Assembly: GCA_963514005.1 (NCBI GenBank) | Contig: OY740798.1 | Coordinates: 20,584,001 to 20,648,000, forward strand | Direction: 5' to 3' | Source: Raja brachyura | Taxonomy: Eukaryota | DNA length: 64,000 bases | Shown: piece after piece, positions 13,728 through 27,196 of the stretch | How positions within the stretch are numbered: the stretch's first letter is position 1 | Layout of the letters: the number at the start of each line of letters is the position of its first letter | Program-made: the position numbers and the translations under genes | The notes under the pieces: model-generated | What the model saw: only the letters and a program-made list of their open reading frames with translations | What the model was told of the DNA's origin: nothing | Database searches by the model: none

Positions 13728-14430
13728 AGAGTCAAGAGTTATATGCCCCGAAACAGAACAATGAAATTCTTACTTGGAGCAGCACAACAGAAATGTAAAC
13801 ACAATACACTGTTAACAGCATTTTAAACAACAAAAAAGTTCAGTACACAAAAAAGAAACAGACATTGATGGAGCAAAGAAGAAAAACAATTCCCCAAGAC
13901 TATGCAGCTCATAGCTTAGTTGAAGGTTGCAGTGGTTTAATTGCCTGATAGTTGTTGGGAAGAAGTTGCTCCTGAATCTGGATGTTAGTGTTTTTGGGAT
14001 CCTATATCTTCTTCCCAATTTCAGGAGTGAAATCAGAGGGTGGCCACGGTGGTCTGGGTCTCTGATGATGCTGGCTGCCTTTTTGAGACAGCGATTCCTG
14101 TAAATCCTATCAATGTTGCGGAGGTCAGTAGCCATGATGGACTGAGCAGTGTTCACCATATTTCAGCATCTAACTATTCCTTTGGTTTATTTACGTTTCA
14201 TTCACAAGGAGAAGACCATATTTTGTAATCTATTTGTTCCTGGGCGTTCGAGTTGTCGAACTAGGCCGTGATGCAAACAGTTAATATGCTCTCTACTATA
14301 TATTTGTAGAACTTCAAGAGAGTATTCGTCGAATCCCGAATCCCCTCAATATTCTAAGGAAGTAGAAGCATTGATGGGCTTTCTTTCCGATTGCATCAAT
14401 GTGTTTTCAGGACAGATCTTCAGAGATATG
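13728..14430 (-). mobile_element. Rex1/Babar-like LINE 3' fragment
   Basis: VNTAQSI...CLKKAASIIRDPDH.GH..ISLL..GRRYR...FRSNFFPTTIR, with a TCTTGAC-type tail. Confidence 0.75.
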
Positions 14431-15545
14431 TCTTTTAATTTAATTTCATTCAATAAATTACCCTTCTTCTCATTGGAAAATGCTTCTATAATTCACAGTC
14501 TAACTAGCAAACGTTCTCTGCAAAAAAAATATAACGTATCCAACACAATATTGATATTTATTTTGTTTCATGCTTTTATTTGAAAAGTTACAAATTCTGT
14601 TCTGGACCAACGCTTTTTATCATAATGCTCCAACTATAATATTGCCTCAATTCCTGTCCCTGTAAGCGTATTCATTATTGCTCTCTGCTGTTTTGTTACT
14701 TATCTGCCCAGCTGCAGTTTAATGAGCAGCACTGGTGCAGAACAGCTTAGTTTGAGGCAACTGTGGCGCAGCAGGGACTGTCCCTGGGTAGCAGTTGCTA
14801 GAATCATCATTACGCTAATCATGAATAACTTGCATTTATATACAAAGGTCACTAAATAGTTCATGCAGTTAACAAATAAAAACATAACCATATTTAGTTC
14901 AGTAAATAAAAGCAGTTGATTAGTTTTAAAATATATGAACTTGTTCACTGAATTGCAAATGGAAGTTCACAACAGGACCTAACTTAAAGGGAAGAATTTG
15001 CAAGCAAATATATAACAATGATTAATTATCAATTGAAGTAATTTGCACTGGTGCCAGATTGGATTAGGTCTAATATAGTTATGAAGAACAATATTATACC
15101 AAATTCATTTCATATTGTGGAGCTGATCTGGCCATGATAAAGAAATAGAGTTTTGCAATTATTCCTGGTTAATTGAAAGACACTAACCAGAAACAAAGGA
15201 TGATACATAAAGCCCCTGTCCCACTTAGGAAACCTGAACCAAAACCTCTGGAGACAGTGTGCCCCACCCAAGGTTTCCGTAAGGTTCCCAGAGGTTCCCG
15301 AGAGGTTCCTGGGGGTTCCGGTCAATCTCCATGAGTCACCAGAGGTTCTGGTCAATTGCCTAGAAAGCCTCAACCGAAGCGTGAGCTGCATCTACTGACC
15401 AAAGCCGACCATGCACACACACACACACGCAAACACATCGCGAAGGTGGGGGCCAGAGACAGCGGAGGAGCGTTTTCTGCGTGCGACGAAGAAAGTAAAC
15501 GCTGCCACAGATCTCGGTAAGTCCTTTAGAGAGCGCGGGAGGGAG

Positions 15546-15741
15546 NNNNNNNNNNNNNNNNNNNNNNNNNNNNNNNNNNNNNNNNNNNNNNNNNNNNNNN
15601 NNNNNNNNNNNNNNNNNNNNNNNNNNNNNNNNNNNNNNNNNNNNNNNNNNNNNNNNNNNNNNNNNNNNNNNNNNNNNNNNNNNNNNNNNNNNNNNNNNNN
15701 NNNNNNNNNNNNNNNNNNNNNNNNNNNNNNNNNNNNNNNNN
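15546..15741. other. Assembly gap (N run)
   Basis: Run of N characters next to a purine-rich minisatellite. Confidence 1.
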
Positions 15742-15921
15742 GGGGACAGAGAAGGGGACAGAGAAGGGGACAGAGAAGGGGACAGAGAAGGGGACAGAGA
15801 AGGGGACAGAGAAGGGGAGAGAGAAGGGGAGAGAGAAGGGGAGAGAGAAGGGGAGAGAGAAGGGGAGAGAAAAGGGGAGAGAGAAGGGGAGAGAGAAGGG
15901 GAGAGAGAAGGGGAGAGAAGG
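15742..15921 (+). repeat. 12-bp minisatellite (GGGGA[C/G]AGAGAA)n
   Basis: Directly visible tandem repeat. Confidence 0.95.
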
Positions 15922-17854
15922 AATGGAGACAGTTTTAGGAAGTTTAATAAAGTTAGCGGGCATTTTACCTTCCGGCGGATCTCCTAGGTCCTGAAAACCA
16001 AATAAGATTTCTTTGCCGAAAACTCCAATGAGCCAATCAGAATGGCCGGTCAGTGAAGGCCTTCTGCAAGTAAGGTTGGCTGCAAGTAAAAATGCGACCG
16101 CACCACTGGCTTCGACAAACCTATTTTTAGTCGCGGCTGGTTTTGGTTTTTTTAAATAATCGCAGGAACATAGCAAAAGCCGCGATTACGCGGAAACCAC
16201 TTTCCACCATTAGGGAGAGTGACTGGAACCTCCAGGAACCTCCGGGAACCTCATGGAAACCTTGGATGGGGCACAAGGTCTCCAGAGGTTTCCTAAGTGG
16301 GAAGATCCGCCGGAAGGTAAAATGCCCGTTAACTTTATTAAACTTAATAAAACTGTCTCCACTCCTTCTCACCCCCGTTCTTTCCCCTTCTCCCCCTTCT
16401 ACACCCTTCTGCCCCCTTCTCTCTCCCCTTCTGTCCCCTATCTCCCTCCCTCCCGCGCTCTCTAAAGGACTGACCATGCTCTGTGGCAGCCGTTTACTTT
16501 CTTCTTCAACACGCAGAAAGCGCTCCTCCGCTGTCCCTGGCTCCCACCTTCGCAATGTGTTTGCGTGTGTATGCGCGGTTGGCAGCAAAGATCCTATAGG
16601 ATCTTTGGTCAGTAGATGCAGCCCACGCTTCGGTTGAGGCTCTCCAGGCAATTGACGAGAACCTCTGGTGACTCATGGAGAGTGACCGGAACCCTCTGGA
16701 ACCTCTGGGAACCTCACGAGAACCTCTGGGAACCTAACGGAAACCTTGGGTGGGGCACATGGTCTCCAGAGGTTTCCGTTCAGGTTTCCTAAGTGGGACA
16801 GGGGCATAACATTACATCACAATTATTATTGTGGCAGAATAGGCCTGAGGGCCTAAATGCTCTCTCTACTCCTGCTCTTATGTTACTTCTTAACCTGATT
16901 AAAACAGAAAAAAACACAACATGGCCACTTAGCCAATTGAGACATTTGTCCAGGACATAATTACTTGATATTTTGTAAAACATAGACTCAGAAATTAAAG
17001 TCAATTTTGGGTTTGGCAACATAGCTCATCAACAAGCATGCTTTTCAGATTCGTTTAAATATTTTCCCTCAAGTTAAGTACAGTGGACATAATTTTAAAG
17101 TTAAAAAAACATTTAAAAAAAGAAGTGCACTGGGAACTCAGCCAGGTAAGTGGCATCTGCGAAAAGAGAAACCAGTTTCAGGACATCAACCTTTTCCCGA
17201 AACTAGAGGAAAGAGTTTAAGGGTTACAGTTTTCAAGGAAAACAAGAGGTTGAAGTGTGGTGTAAGAAATGTAGATAGGTTAAGGTGGAATTATTCTCCA
17301 TATTTTCAAAATCTGTTAGCAAATCCAGATTCAGCAATGTAATATGCAATGAGGAGATAGTAACACATTGATAACATTGTCAGACATGTAGGAGATTTCA
17401 TTAAAAAAGAAATATCATATTCAGAGCCCTACAAAGGAGAAGCAAGAGACTGGAATTGATTATTCAGCTGCTTCAAAGAACTGGTGTATGCAATATAGCC
17501 CAAATGGCTTCCTTCTTAGCTACGTGATTCAATAATTCTAACTACTGTAGTTAATTGTATTTATGTATGTTGAATGTTCTCATTATTTAAATTCTTAATA
17601 ACAAATAATAAATTACGTCGATTAAAAAATATTGGAAAGTTGAACGGCCAGTTACTGGATTTGAAATTATTCTGGACAAATTGTCCCACAGTGACTGAAA
17701 ACTATTTCTGCAAATATGAAAATTTGAAACCTATAAACTCATGCTAAAATAAATAGCAAGAGAAGACTATTAAGCACCAGGAAATAGTCTTTATTCTAAT
17801 ATTCTTCTGCCCATTTAACCAGTTTAAATGATTACAGCATATCTGACGACCTAC

Positions 17855-17921
17855 CAGCGCCACTTTGCTGCTCACTTTCTTTGTCGCTGTCCATGTCCTC
17901 AATGTTAATGTAATTGTCCTC
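17855..17921 (-). CDS. IFTAP: IFTAP coding exon 3 (67 nt)
   Basis: ttaag|GAGGAC...GCTG|gtaggt. Translates EDNYINIEDMDSDKESEQQSGA, similar to IFTAP VDNFLDLEDLDMDEE. Phase 0 in, phase 1 out. Confidence 0.85.
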
Positions 17922-20900
17922 CTTAAATGCATTAAAGACAAAAAAAATGTTAATAAATAATCTTTAAATGCAAACCATAAGCTTGCAAAATTAATATGTA
18001 GTCAATTATTAAAATGTCTTCCATTTGTACAATACCATAAATTAAACCTCTATAGTATAAAATTTGAAAAACAGATGTTTGATAAGAAAGCATTGTTGCA
18101 TCATATGAAAGGGTAAACAGTGTGTACTCTACAATGCTCCAAGAAATATATATTCCCAAGAAGAACAGGAACAGGTGATGGGAAGCAAGGGGTAAAGAGA
18201 CAAAATATTTCCAATTTCTGCAAATCTCAAAGGCTATTTAAACAATGTTAAAAATATGATTATTCCCTGAAGATTTAGTTCCTGTATTTTACTGGGAGAT
18301 GAGAAGGTCATATGACTATGAAACCATAATCTATTTTGAAGATGCTGAAATTCAGGCAAATTTAATGGCAGCACATCATAAAAGTATTTTTCATTCCTGG
18401 CAACTGCATAGGTCGGCAAAGTGGCCAATAGTCTGACCGAAAAGCATTTGTAATACATTGGGTGATATCCACAATGGGTGTTGAGGGGGCGGTGACCTTG
18501 ATGCACAGACATAAGGAGTAGAGAAGGGCATTGCAGAGTGTCAAGAAGTTGCAGAGGAAGTTGCAAGATTGTAGAGCGGGAAAAATTACAATAGGTTCAC
18601 ATGAGGAGAAAGGAAACAGCTCCATCCACACGTCTTGCCCCACAAACAACACTCAAATAGCTGGATCTGGCAGTTCCAATCTCACTTTAGCTGTTGCCAT
18701 TCACAGATCCTGGGAATTACGTTCAGATGGATCCCAAAATCCAAGAAAAAGAACCTGGTTTAAACATTATAAGCTCTTATTCTCCTCTCTGGTGGGATCA
18801 TTCATGAATAAACTGGAAATAATGTTAGTAGATTGATTATCACATTTTGTAACATTTGTTCATTTGCCATATGTGGGAGGTAACAAAATGGAAAGGATGG
18901 AAGTAAGCTTCCAAACTGAGAAGTCATATCTAAACTTGAAGCCATCCACTTCCCCTCTCTGCCACAAGCTCAGATATCCATCCACCACTCCCACCTCCAG
19001 CTGATTAAGTCCTGATTTGATTGGGCCTTCTCTCTCTTCCAACCCCAGGAATCATCCTACTTCGCTTTGTACCTCTAGTATCTTTGCTTTGTACATTTCA
19101 TAAGGGAAGGAAACTGTGCCACAGCCAATTAGTAGCACCTTACAACATGGTGAATGAATATATAGGCCTTTTATTTCAAAGGTTTCAAAGGTCTGTTTAT
19201 TGTCACGTGTACCAATTAAGGTATGTTGATTCAACCAGAAAGTCAGGTTGTAGTGGCATTGATGAGTTATTTTCAAAATTCAAAATTCTAGGTTATTAAT
19301 GAATCTGTCTTAAATCAATTTCACTCGCTTAATTTTCATACTCAGAATTATGTGCCACTTTGATGGGTAGAGCAGTATTTGCAGAGCTTTGGTTTCAAAG
19401 GAGAACAGGTAAACTCCACTCCTGCTGTTCTGGATCCACCAATTGAGCATGGTATAGGAAAAGTAATTTCAGCTGCAAACTGCTCTCATTAATAAACGAT
19501 GGCAGAAATTCAAAACAATTCTCACTTATAAGCATAAAACTAATTTATTTAAATTTGTAAACAAAGACACAAAGTGCTGGAGTAACACAGCGGGTCCTAG
19601 AAACATAGAAACATAAAAAAATAGGTGCAGGAGTAAGCCATTCGGCCCTTCGATCCATTCAATATGATCATGGTCAAGCAGCATCTCTGGAGAATATGGA
19701 TGGGTGATGTTTTGGGTCAGGAATGGCCACGGCCTGAAACTTCACCTATCCACATTCTCCAGAGGTGTTGCCTGACCTGCTGAATTACTATAGCACTTTG
19801 TGCCTTCTTTTGTAAACCAGCATCTACAGTTCTCTATTCTTTAGGTATGTAGTTACTTTCAAAACAATCATAGTAATATTTTGTGGATTCTGATAAATTA
19901 TGGAGAAAAATCTTAACTTAGTAATTATTTTGCTAATGCTTTTTCAGCACATTGTAACTTTTATGAAATCAAACTCACTACTGTAAAATGCTCACTAATC
20001 TTGACATTGCACGATTTAGTCAAACTAGGACACAAATTGTTCAAAGTGAATGCATTGCTTAACTTACCAAAGCAGCCTACGTTGGGCTACACACCAGTTT
20101 CAGATCTGACTGCAGGGGGCATAACCGTACTAGCATAGGTGATTTTTCACCACTAACCCTGAAAAGTACCCCTGGTGGTCTATTTGCCCTTGGGTCATGG
20201 ATGAATAAACTGAAAGATTAAAAAGTACAAAGGAAACACCTTGGTTGACAATTGTAACATTGTGAAACTCACTATCTTTGGTGGTGTATTTGATTGTTTC
20301 AGGATTCAAATATTGAGCACACCATGATAAACAGTCACAAGGTGGGCAGTTTTTTCTCGCTTAAGCCTACTTAATTTAAATGTTATTTATCATTCCTAAT
20401 AACTTCTGCCAAATGTAAATAAAATTCACAGTACATAATATGTTTTGTTCCAAACACCATGGAATGCATTCTGTTCAGTCTACCATTAACAAAATAACAA
20501 CTGTTCTATATGGTTAACAAAAACAGGAAACAAAAAAGTACAAGCCAGAAAGTAACATGTGACACGAGGAAAGCCTGAACCAATGTGATCTCAGTTATTT
20601 AGTTGGCACTGCAATCATTAAAATTCATTCAGAAATGTGTACTATTTAGTCATCTACAATGCTTCACATCTTTGGAGAATATAGATCATACTTTTAACAC
20701 TCAGGCTTTACCTAATTGCAATTAACACAGAGTGTTAATTGGGAAGTATCACAGAAAAATTATATTGAGGAAGGAGGCAACTCATTGTTGATTACAACTT
20801 TTCAAATACTTTAAAAATATGGTGAGGGTTACACTGCTACCCAATTCGAGCAACATGTTTTCACCATCTGGTTAAAAATATATTTGATGTTAACATATTT

Positions 20901-21339
20901 TGATAATACATCAATGTCTTCAGGAAATTACAAATATTTTGTCATTCACATTGATGCCACATTACCAAACTGAATTTGAAAAATATTTAACATGAATATT
21001 AAAATTGGTTGAAAAATATTATCTTAGTGCTGTCTTTTCTCTGCAGTAAATATAAGAAAATAGGGCATATATTTTTATCCATATAAAATTAATTGTTAGC
21101 AAAATTATTGATACATGTTCATTTGAAATTTCATATTCCAGGCATTAAGGCACAGATGCATTATCTAGTTAGAATTAGATTTGATCCCATTGCAACAGGA
21201 ATATACAGCAAGCACAGAATGAACTGGAAAGGGTGGGGCTGTTTTCATTAGTACAAATGATTGGAGATTTGATTGATTTAAAAATCACAAAATCTAACAA
21301 TGTATACAAAAAAGGACCCATGTCCTTTAATAGAAAGTC

Positions 21340-22150
21340 TTTATCTGGACTTTCAAAAAGCCTTTGACAAGGTCCCACACAAGAGATTAGTGTGCAAAAT
21401 TAGAGCACATGGTATTGGGGGCAGGGTACTGACATGGATAGAGAACTGGTTGGCAGACAGGAAGCAAAGAGTAGGAATTAACGGGTTCTTTTCAGAATGG
21501 CAGGCAGTGACTTATGGGGTGCCGCAAGGCTCGGTGCTGGGACCACAGTTGATTTACAATATATATTAACAATTTAGACGAAGGAATTAAATGTAGCATC
21601 TCTAAGTTTGCGGATGACACAAAGCTGGGTGGCAGTGTGAAACAGTGTATCCACTTTGAAGGAAATTACCCAACATTCGAGAAATTCTGGTTGTCTTCGG
21701 GTAATTTTAGGGAAATTCAATAATTTTGGGAGATTTCCCGGCCCGGTAAACCTTCCCCAACTGTGCATATGCGACTGCCAACCCAAGTGCACAAGCACGG
21801 GGAGACGCGAAGGAATATGGGGAAATGTTTTCTTTTTTCGACCATCCGCTCGTGCGCAGTTGGGGGAGGCCAGTCAGCTGCGCACAATTGAAAATTGTGG
21901 CCGGTGACGTGGTAGGGACGTAAAATGACGCCGTCTCCTTGCGCGTGCGCAGTGGGCCTGGTATCAGCGTGTGCGCAGTTTAGGCAGCAGTCGCACATGC
22001 GCAATTGGGGAAGGCTTAAATTTCAGGAAATACCATCAAATTCTAGGAAATTTGGGAGTCTATTTCCGTGAAAAAAAATTGAGGTGTGGAAGCACTGGTG
22101 AGCTATGAGGCAGCAGGGCGACTTGGATAGGTTGGGAGAGTGGGCAGGAG
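21340..22150 (+). mobile_element. CR1 LINE RT fragment, interrupted by a MITE
   Basis: YLDFQKAFDKVPH...GVPQGSVLGP...KFADDTKLGG. CR1 sequence resumes at 22098. Confidence 0.85.
21643..22097. mobile_element. hAT-like MITE nested in CR1
   Basis: Imperfect TIRs CAGTGTATCCAC / GTGGAAGCACTG. GC-rich interior with repeated TGCGCA motifs. Interrupts contiguous CR1 sequence. Confidence 0.55.
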
Positions 22151-22419
22151 AGAAACAAAGTTTAACATTTTTAATTGATGATTGATGAAAAGTCATGGAC
22201 CTTGTTGTACAGGTATATTTGAGGTAGAGTAACAACAAGAGAACATTTTGTATATTTTATTCATCTAGGCTTTGTCAGCATTTAATTGCACTAAGAGGTT
22301 CCTAGTGAGCTGCCCTCTTGAACTGCCACCGTCCTTGAAGAGTGGTGATACCCCCAATATTGTTAGGGAGGGAATTCCAGTATTCTGACCCAGCAAAGGC
22401 GAAGGACTGATGATTGATT

Positions 22420-22720
22420 GATTAAAAAATACAGCACAAAATAGGCCCTTCGACCCACCGAGTCCATGCGGACCATTGACACCAGTTCACACAAGTTCTA
22501 TGGTATCCCACTTTTGCATCCATTCCCTACACACTGCGGCAATTTACAAAGGCCAACTAACCTGCAAACCTGTATGTCATTGGATGTGGGAGAAAACCAG
22601 AGCTCCTGGAAGAAATCCATGCAGTCAAGGAGAACATGCAGACTCCACACAGACAGCACCTGAGGTCAGAATTGTACCTAGGTCTTTCGTGCTGTGAGGC
22701 TGCAGCTCTACTAACTGCAT
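22420..22720 (-). mobile_element. tRNA-derived V-SINE (HE1-like)
   Basis: Reverse complement shows a tRNA-like head (gtagagctgcagcctcacagcac) and the V-domain gtgtggagtctgcatgttctcc. Confidence 0.75.
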
Positions 22721-23643
22721 CATCATGTATGATGATATACTTTCAAGTCAGGATGATATGTGACTTGGAGAGCATCTACCTGGTAGTGGTGTTCCAATAC
22801 ATTTGTTGCCCTCATCCTTCTACTTAGTAGACGTTGTGTGTTTGGAAGGTGGTGTCTAATGAGTTTCGGTGAGCTGCCACAGTGCATCCTGCAGATGGTA
22901 CCAACTGCTGCTGCTATTATGCATTGGTAGTGGAGTGAGTGAATATTTATGTATGGGGAGCCTATCAAACAGGATGCCTAGCTTGAAAGTGACATAATTG
23001 GCTCCAGGAATAGAGTTTTAAATTTTAACAAAGAAAAATATGCACATTTGAGGGGAGAGTTGACTTTGAATGACTGTAATCATACATTGAAATATTTGAC
23101 AGGCAATGACTGGCACTTACAGGAATCATGCATAAACTGTAAGAAAATTATTACTTCATACACAAAAAAACAAAGGAAATAAGTGATTCATGCATGACTA
23201 AGGAAAATTAAAGATAGCATTATATCAAAGTACGAGATTTATCAAATTGCCAGAAATAGTAGTAGCCTGACAATTGGGACTTTTAAAACAGTCTTAAGTA
23301 GACCAAATAAATTAGCTAAAGAGAAGATAAAATATCAAGTAGACTAGTGAGAAAAAAAAGCAGACTGTAAGGTCCTCTATGAGTATGTAAAAAAGGAAAA
23401 GGACAAATGAGGGTCCCTTGGAAATGGGAGAATTTACAACAGGGAATAAGGAAATGGCAGAGAAGTCAAAGTCTTCGCAGAAGACAAAAAATCTTGCCAT
23501 AAATATTGGGTGACCAAAAGTGTAGCAAGAATGAGGAATCAAAGGAAATAAATACTAGTCAAGAAGTTGAAGGAAATTAGTACGAGTCAAGATGTAATGT
23601 AATATGTTAACATAACTCCTATGTATCTCCAGCTCAAACATGC

Positions 23644-23780
23644 CTCAACATCATCCTTAAGTGGTTGTTCTCCCTTCTCACGCAAGCACATCAATACTTG
23701 CTTCATAGCTTGGTGTTTTCCAGCATCTTCTGCTATCCCTGCAGTGGCAGGGGATGCTATCTTTTGTTTATTCATGTCAT
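23644..23780 (-). CDS. IFTAP: IFTAP coding exon 2 (3' boundary at a putative GC donor)
   Basis: Acceptor tccttgtttccag. Open frame (D)DMNKQKIASPATAGIAEDAGKHQAMKQVLMCLREKGEQPLKDDVE, phase 1 in and phase 0 out, as the flanking exons require. Sequence similarity is low in this variable region. Confidence 0.65.
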
Positions 23781-24999
23781 CTGGAAACAAGGACACCATA
23801 TTTAGATAGAAACTTTAAAACTACTTTTGTTCACAAGTCATGAAGCTTGGCATTATGTTGCATCTAGAACGACACAATGCATCTTTTATTCGATGATCTA
23901 TATGATGAAGAAACATACAGAATCTATACTCTGAATCATGTAAAGTTCTACATCAGGATTTTTGTGTGGATTTCTTAATGCAATATCAGTAGTCAGCATT
24001 TTGCTGCATCATTAATCAAGAACATCTCCACACACATATTGCCTGCTGCCACTTATGAAAAGGAAACCAAATTCAACTCTCCTCGTCAAGAGTCTTATAA
24101 CATTCATTATGCTGCAGATTGTAAAATATTAGTAATTTCTCCAATAACAGCAATTGCAAAAAGGGTAGAAGTTCAGTGGGGAGGAAGAAAAGGCATTAGA
24201 TGCCCGATTTTTGAACAGAACTATAACATTTGAGCACAGCTACAAAAAGAATAAGCAAAAACAAAACACTCATGGACTGTTTGCATTATATCAAAAGTCA
24301 AGATTCAACCAAAGTTCCTGTTCATTTTCCATTAGCCATTCCGATTACTTTTTCATTCAAATTACAAGTTTAAACAAGTTACTTTTCACAATAGACAGTT
24401 AAATCCTTCTTCTATAATAACTCACCATCAAGAAAATATCGATACTATTACTAAAACTCTCATCTTGTCCTCTTCCGGTTTGCGGAATTTGCACAAAAAC
24501 GGTACCCTATAACGCTAGGATTTTTTTCGCCACATTACTCACCGTTCTTCTCTGCTCCAAGCGCAGCAAGATTTGTTCCGATCGGTGAAATATTACAAAA
24601 GTTATTGGTTTGTTATTCGCCGGGACGGCAACGCCCCTTCCGGAACCCACTGTCAATCACCGGCAGGGAGAATAAAACTGAAGGAGCGGAGTGCGGGCGG
24701 GGGCTGGCTGCGTTCGTGGGCGGGGGCTGGCTGCGCCTGCCCCACTTTTCAGAAAGTTTGCAGTTTTAGTCACAAAGATTTCTTCCCATAAGAAATCATG
24801 GGCACACATTCCTTGGAATTAGAGGATCAATGTGGGAACATTGACCTGGGAAAGAATGATAATTCTGATTTGCTTATGCTCCCTATTGATTTGAATGATT
24901 ATGCCAAAACACTCAACATACAACCCCACTTAAAGCCATTAACGGGGATTAATTCATCAGGAACACACAGAATGTTAACATCCACTGGAAGGAACACTT

Positions 25000-25615
25000 G
25001 GAAGACCTCCTTAACTACGATTCTGACTCGGTCCACCAAGTCAAGCTGGATCTCCCGTTTGCTAGCCATTTTAACCCTTTTTCCCATTCCTACACTGACC
25101 TTTCTGTTTTTGGCCTCCTCCGTTGCCAGTGTAAGGCCACACACAAACATGAAGAACAGCACCTCATATTTTGCTTGGGTTGCCTACAACCTAATGATAC
25201 GAATGTTGCATTCTCCAATTTTAGGTAACTAATCTACAAACAACCCTTCCTTCCCACCCCTCCCCCTGTTCCCCGTACCCCACCTGGACTCAGATCCATT
25301 TCTCCCCTTACCCCTCCCACCTATGTTCCTTCCTCTGGCTTCACAATTTGTACATCTTCTATCTTTACCTCATACATTTTGTCTTTTCCAACAACCTTTG
25401 TCCAACAATTTACCTACCAAAATCCCTGCTCATCTATATCCACGCATCACTTGCTGGGCTTTGCCATGCCCCCACTTTCTTCCAGCTTTTTCTGCTCAAA
25501 TCCCTCCCCCCCCCTTCTCCTCACCACAATCAGTCAGAAGAGGTGTCCCAACCTGAAACATCACTTGTCCATGTTATCCAGAGATGCTGAGTTACTCCAG
25601 CACTTCTTGTCTTTC
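25000..25615 (+). mobile_element. Penelope-like GIY-YIG element fragment
   Basis: DLPFASHFN...DLSVFGLLRC...EEQHLIFCLG.LQP motif, homologous to 42965-43766. Confidence 0.75.
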
Positions 25616-25689
25616 CTTGACATGAGTCCCCTTGATTCCATCGCACATCACCCTGAGAGCAATTCTACCATTTCAGATTGACAAATAGT

Positions 25690-27000
25690 TGAAAAACCCA
25701 TATCACAACAATAAAATAACAAGCCTTGAGAGCAGAATCCCCGCTAAAATCCTAAAATTCAGTGGTAAAGAGTTCCAGATAGCAATCCACAATCTCATTG
25801 TCCTCACCTAGAAATAGCAGGGCAGACCAAGGGAGCTTAGAGATGCCGTAATTGTAACCAGTGGGTAACCACAGAGGAATGTTCCTCCTGTCCACGACAA
25901 TGAAAGTCATTGCCAAGGTCCTTTTCAACTATCTGCTCCGAGAGGCTGAAGAGCTGCACCTGAGTTATAGTGAGGTTTACATCTATCTGTGGGCACAATG
26001 GAAACAATCTTCATGCAAAGCCTTTGTTACTAACCCTCAAGAGGGACTGTGGGGTGGAAGATTGCAACCTTCATATGGTCCGCCCCGTTTCGACTAATGC
26101 AATCAACTCGACATGCACAAACGGAAGATCAAATAGAACAAGTTGTCCTACAACTTTAGGCTGTGCACGCCACACGAAAGAAGAAGAAGGGGGACTGCAG
26201 AACACACTCCTCAAGTTCAGCTATGCACAGAAATTCAATTCAATTCTTATTTTAGCTATATAACAATATGGAGGCTGTGGTACCCATCAATTGGTCTACG
26301 TTTGAACTAATCTCAGGATGGCCTGCATTGTTCCCCCAACATTTTTCTCAATCTTCCCCTTCAACATTGCACCTCACCTTCAATAAAGTTAGAATGGAGC
26401 TAATCTTCGAAACTATTAGAAAACTATTCACAATCTAAAGATCACTCCAACACCTGGAATCATCGTACGATGTACTGAAAATACATATGTTTGCGCACAT
26501 TGGTGGTTGCAAACTAACATAGACTCGTGAACTTAAGCACATGGGAGGATTAGCTGTACCCACACATCCACAAGGCAAAAGGTCCTCGACCAACCTGTCC
26601 CCACTGCATCACTATAGGCTCTGGAAAAGATGGACTGCTTCCTGTATCTCAGATGCCAACTCCCCGGGAAGGCAGGCATCAGTGATGAAATTCACCACCA
26701 GTTCATTTTGGTCAAATGAGGAAAAGATATTTGAAAATTACAACCTCAACATGCCACAAACCTCATGGTCTGAAGAAGAGATCATGCCCATTCTTCTGGG
26801 TGGTCAACAGTAGACATCTCAAAGCACTGGATGAAATATCACAAACACCGCCTCTGATAAATCATCTAATTAATTGGAAGGATAATCAAACCAACATCAC
26901 TGTTCCCCTCTGAGGCCAACATTCCCCAGCATCTAGGCTGTTATATTCAGACCACTACATTGGACAAACCATGTCATTTGTACACCCAACATCAGACCCC
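25690..27000 (+). mobile_element. Old RTE-clade LINE remnant with a nested 140-bp (GAA)n-tailed retroposon (26050-26190)
   Basis: GNHRGMFLLSTTMKVIAKVLFNYLLREAEE (RTE RT motif). The nested insert is flanked by GGGACTG direct repeats. Confidence 0.6.
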
Positions 27001-27196
27001 ATTACTGTTAAATCTGGTTGATTTTAGATTCCAGTCCACAGCCTTAATAAGCAAGTTTGTTCAAAAACTGTTAAATATGGATGATAGTGGCTCTTAAAGA
27101 TAGTGGAGTCAGGGGATATGGGGAGAAGGCAGGACAGGGTACTGATTGGGGATGAAATAGATTTTTGTTTTTATCCAATCTGACGGAGTGGCTTAC

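Larger units (their letters stand above)
15211..16806. mobile_element. Large fold-back PIF/Harbinger-type element
   Basis: TIR AGCCCCTGTCCCACTTAGGAAACC at both ends, TAA target duplication (15208-15210, 16807-16809), and long inverted arms (about 15211-15985 versus 16300-16806). Confidence 0.8.

Noticed and set aside
15411-16651. ORFs of 160-216 aa on both strands
   Set aside because: Artefacts of the N gap, the minisatellite and the inverted arms of a MITE.
24450-24790. CpG-rich patch resembling a promoter
   Set aside because: Looks like a repeat fragment (possibly a Helitron-type end). No associated exon, and I cannot support a classification.
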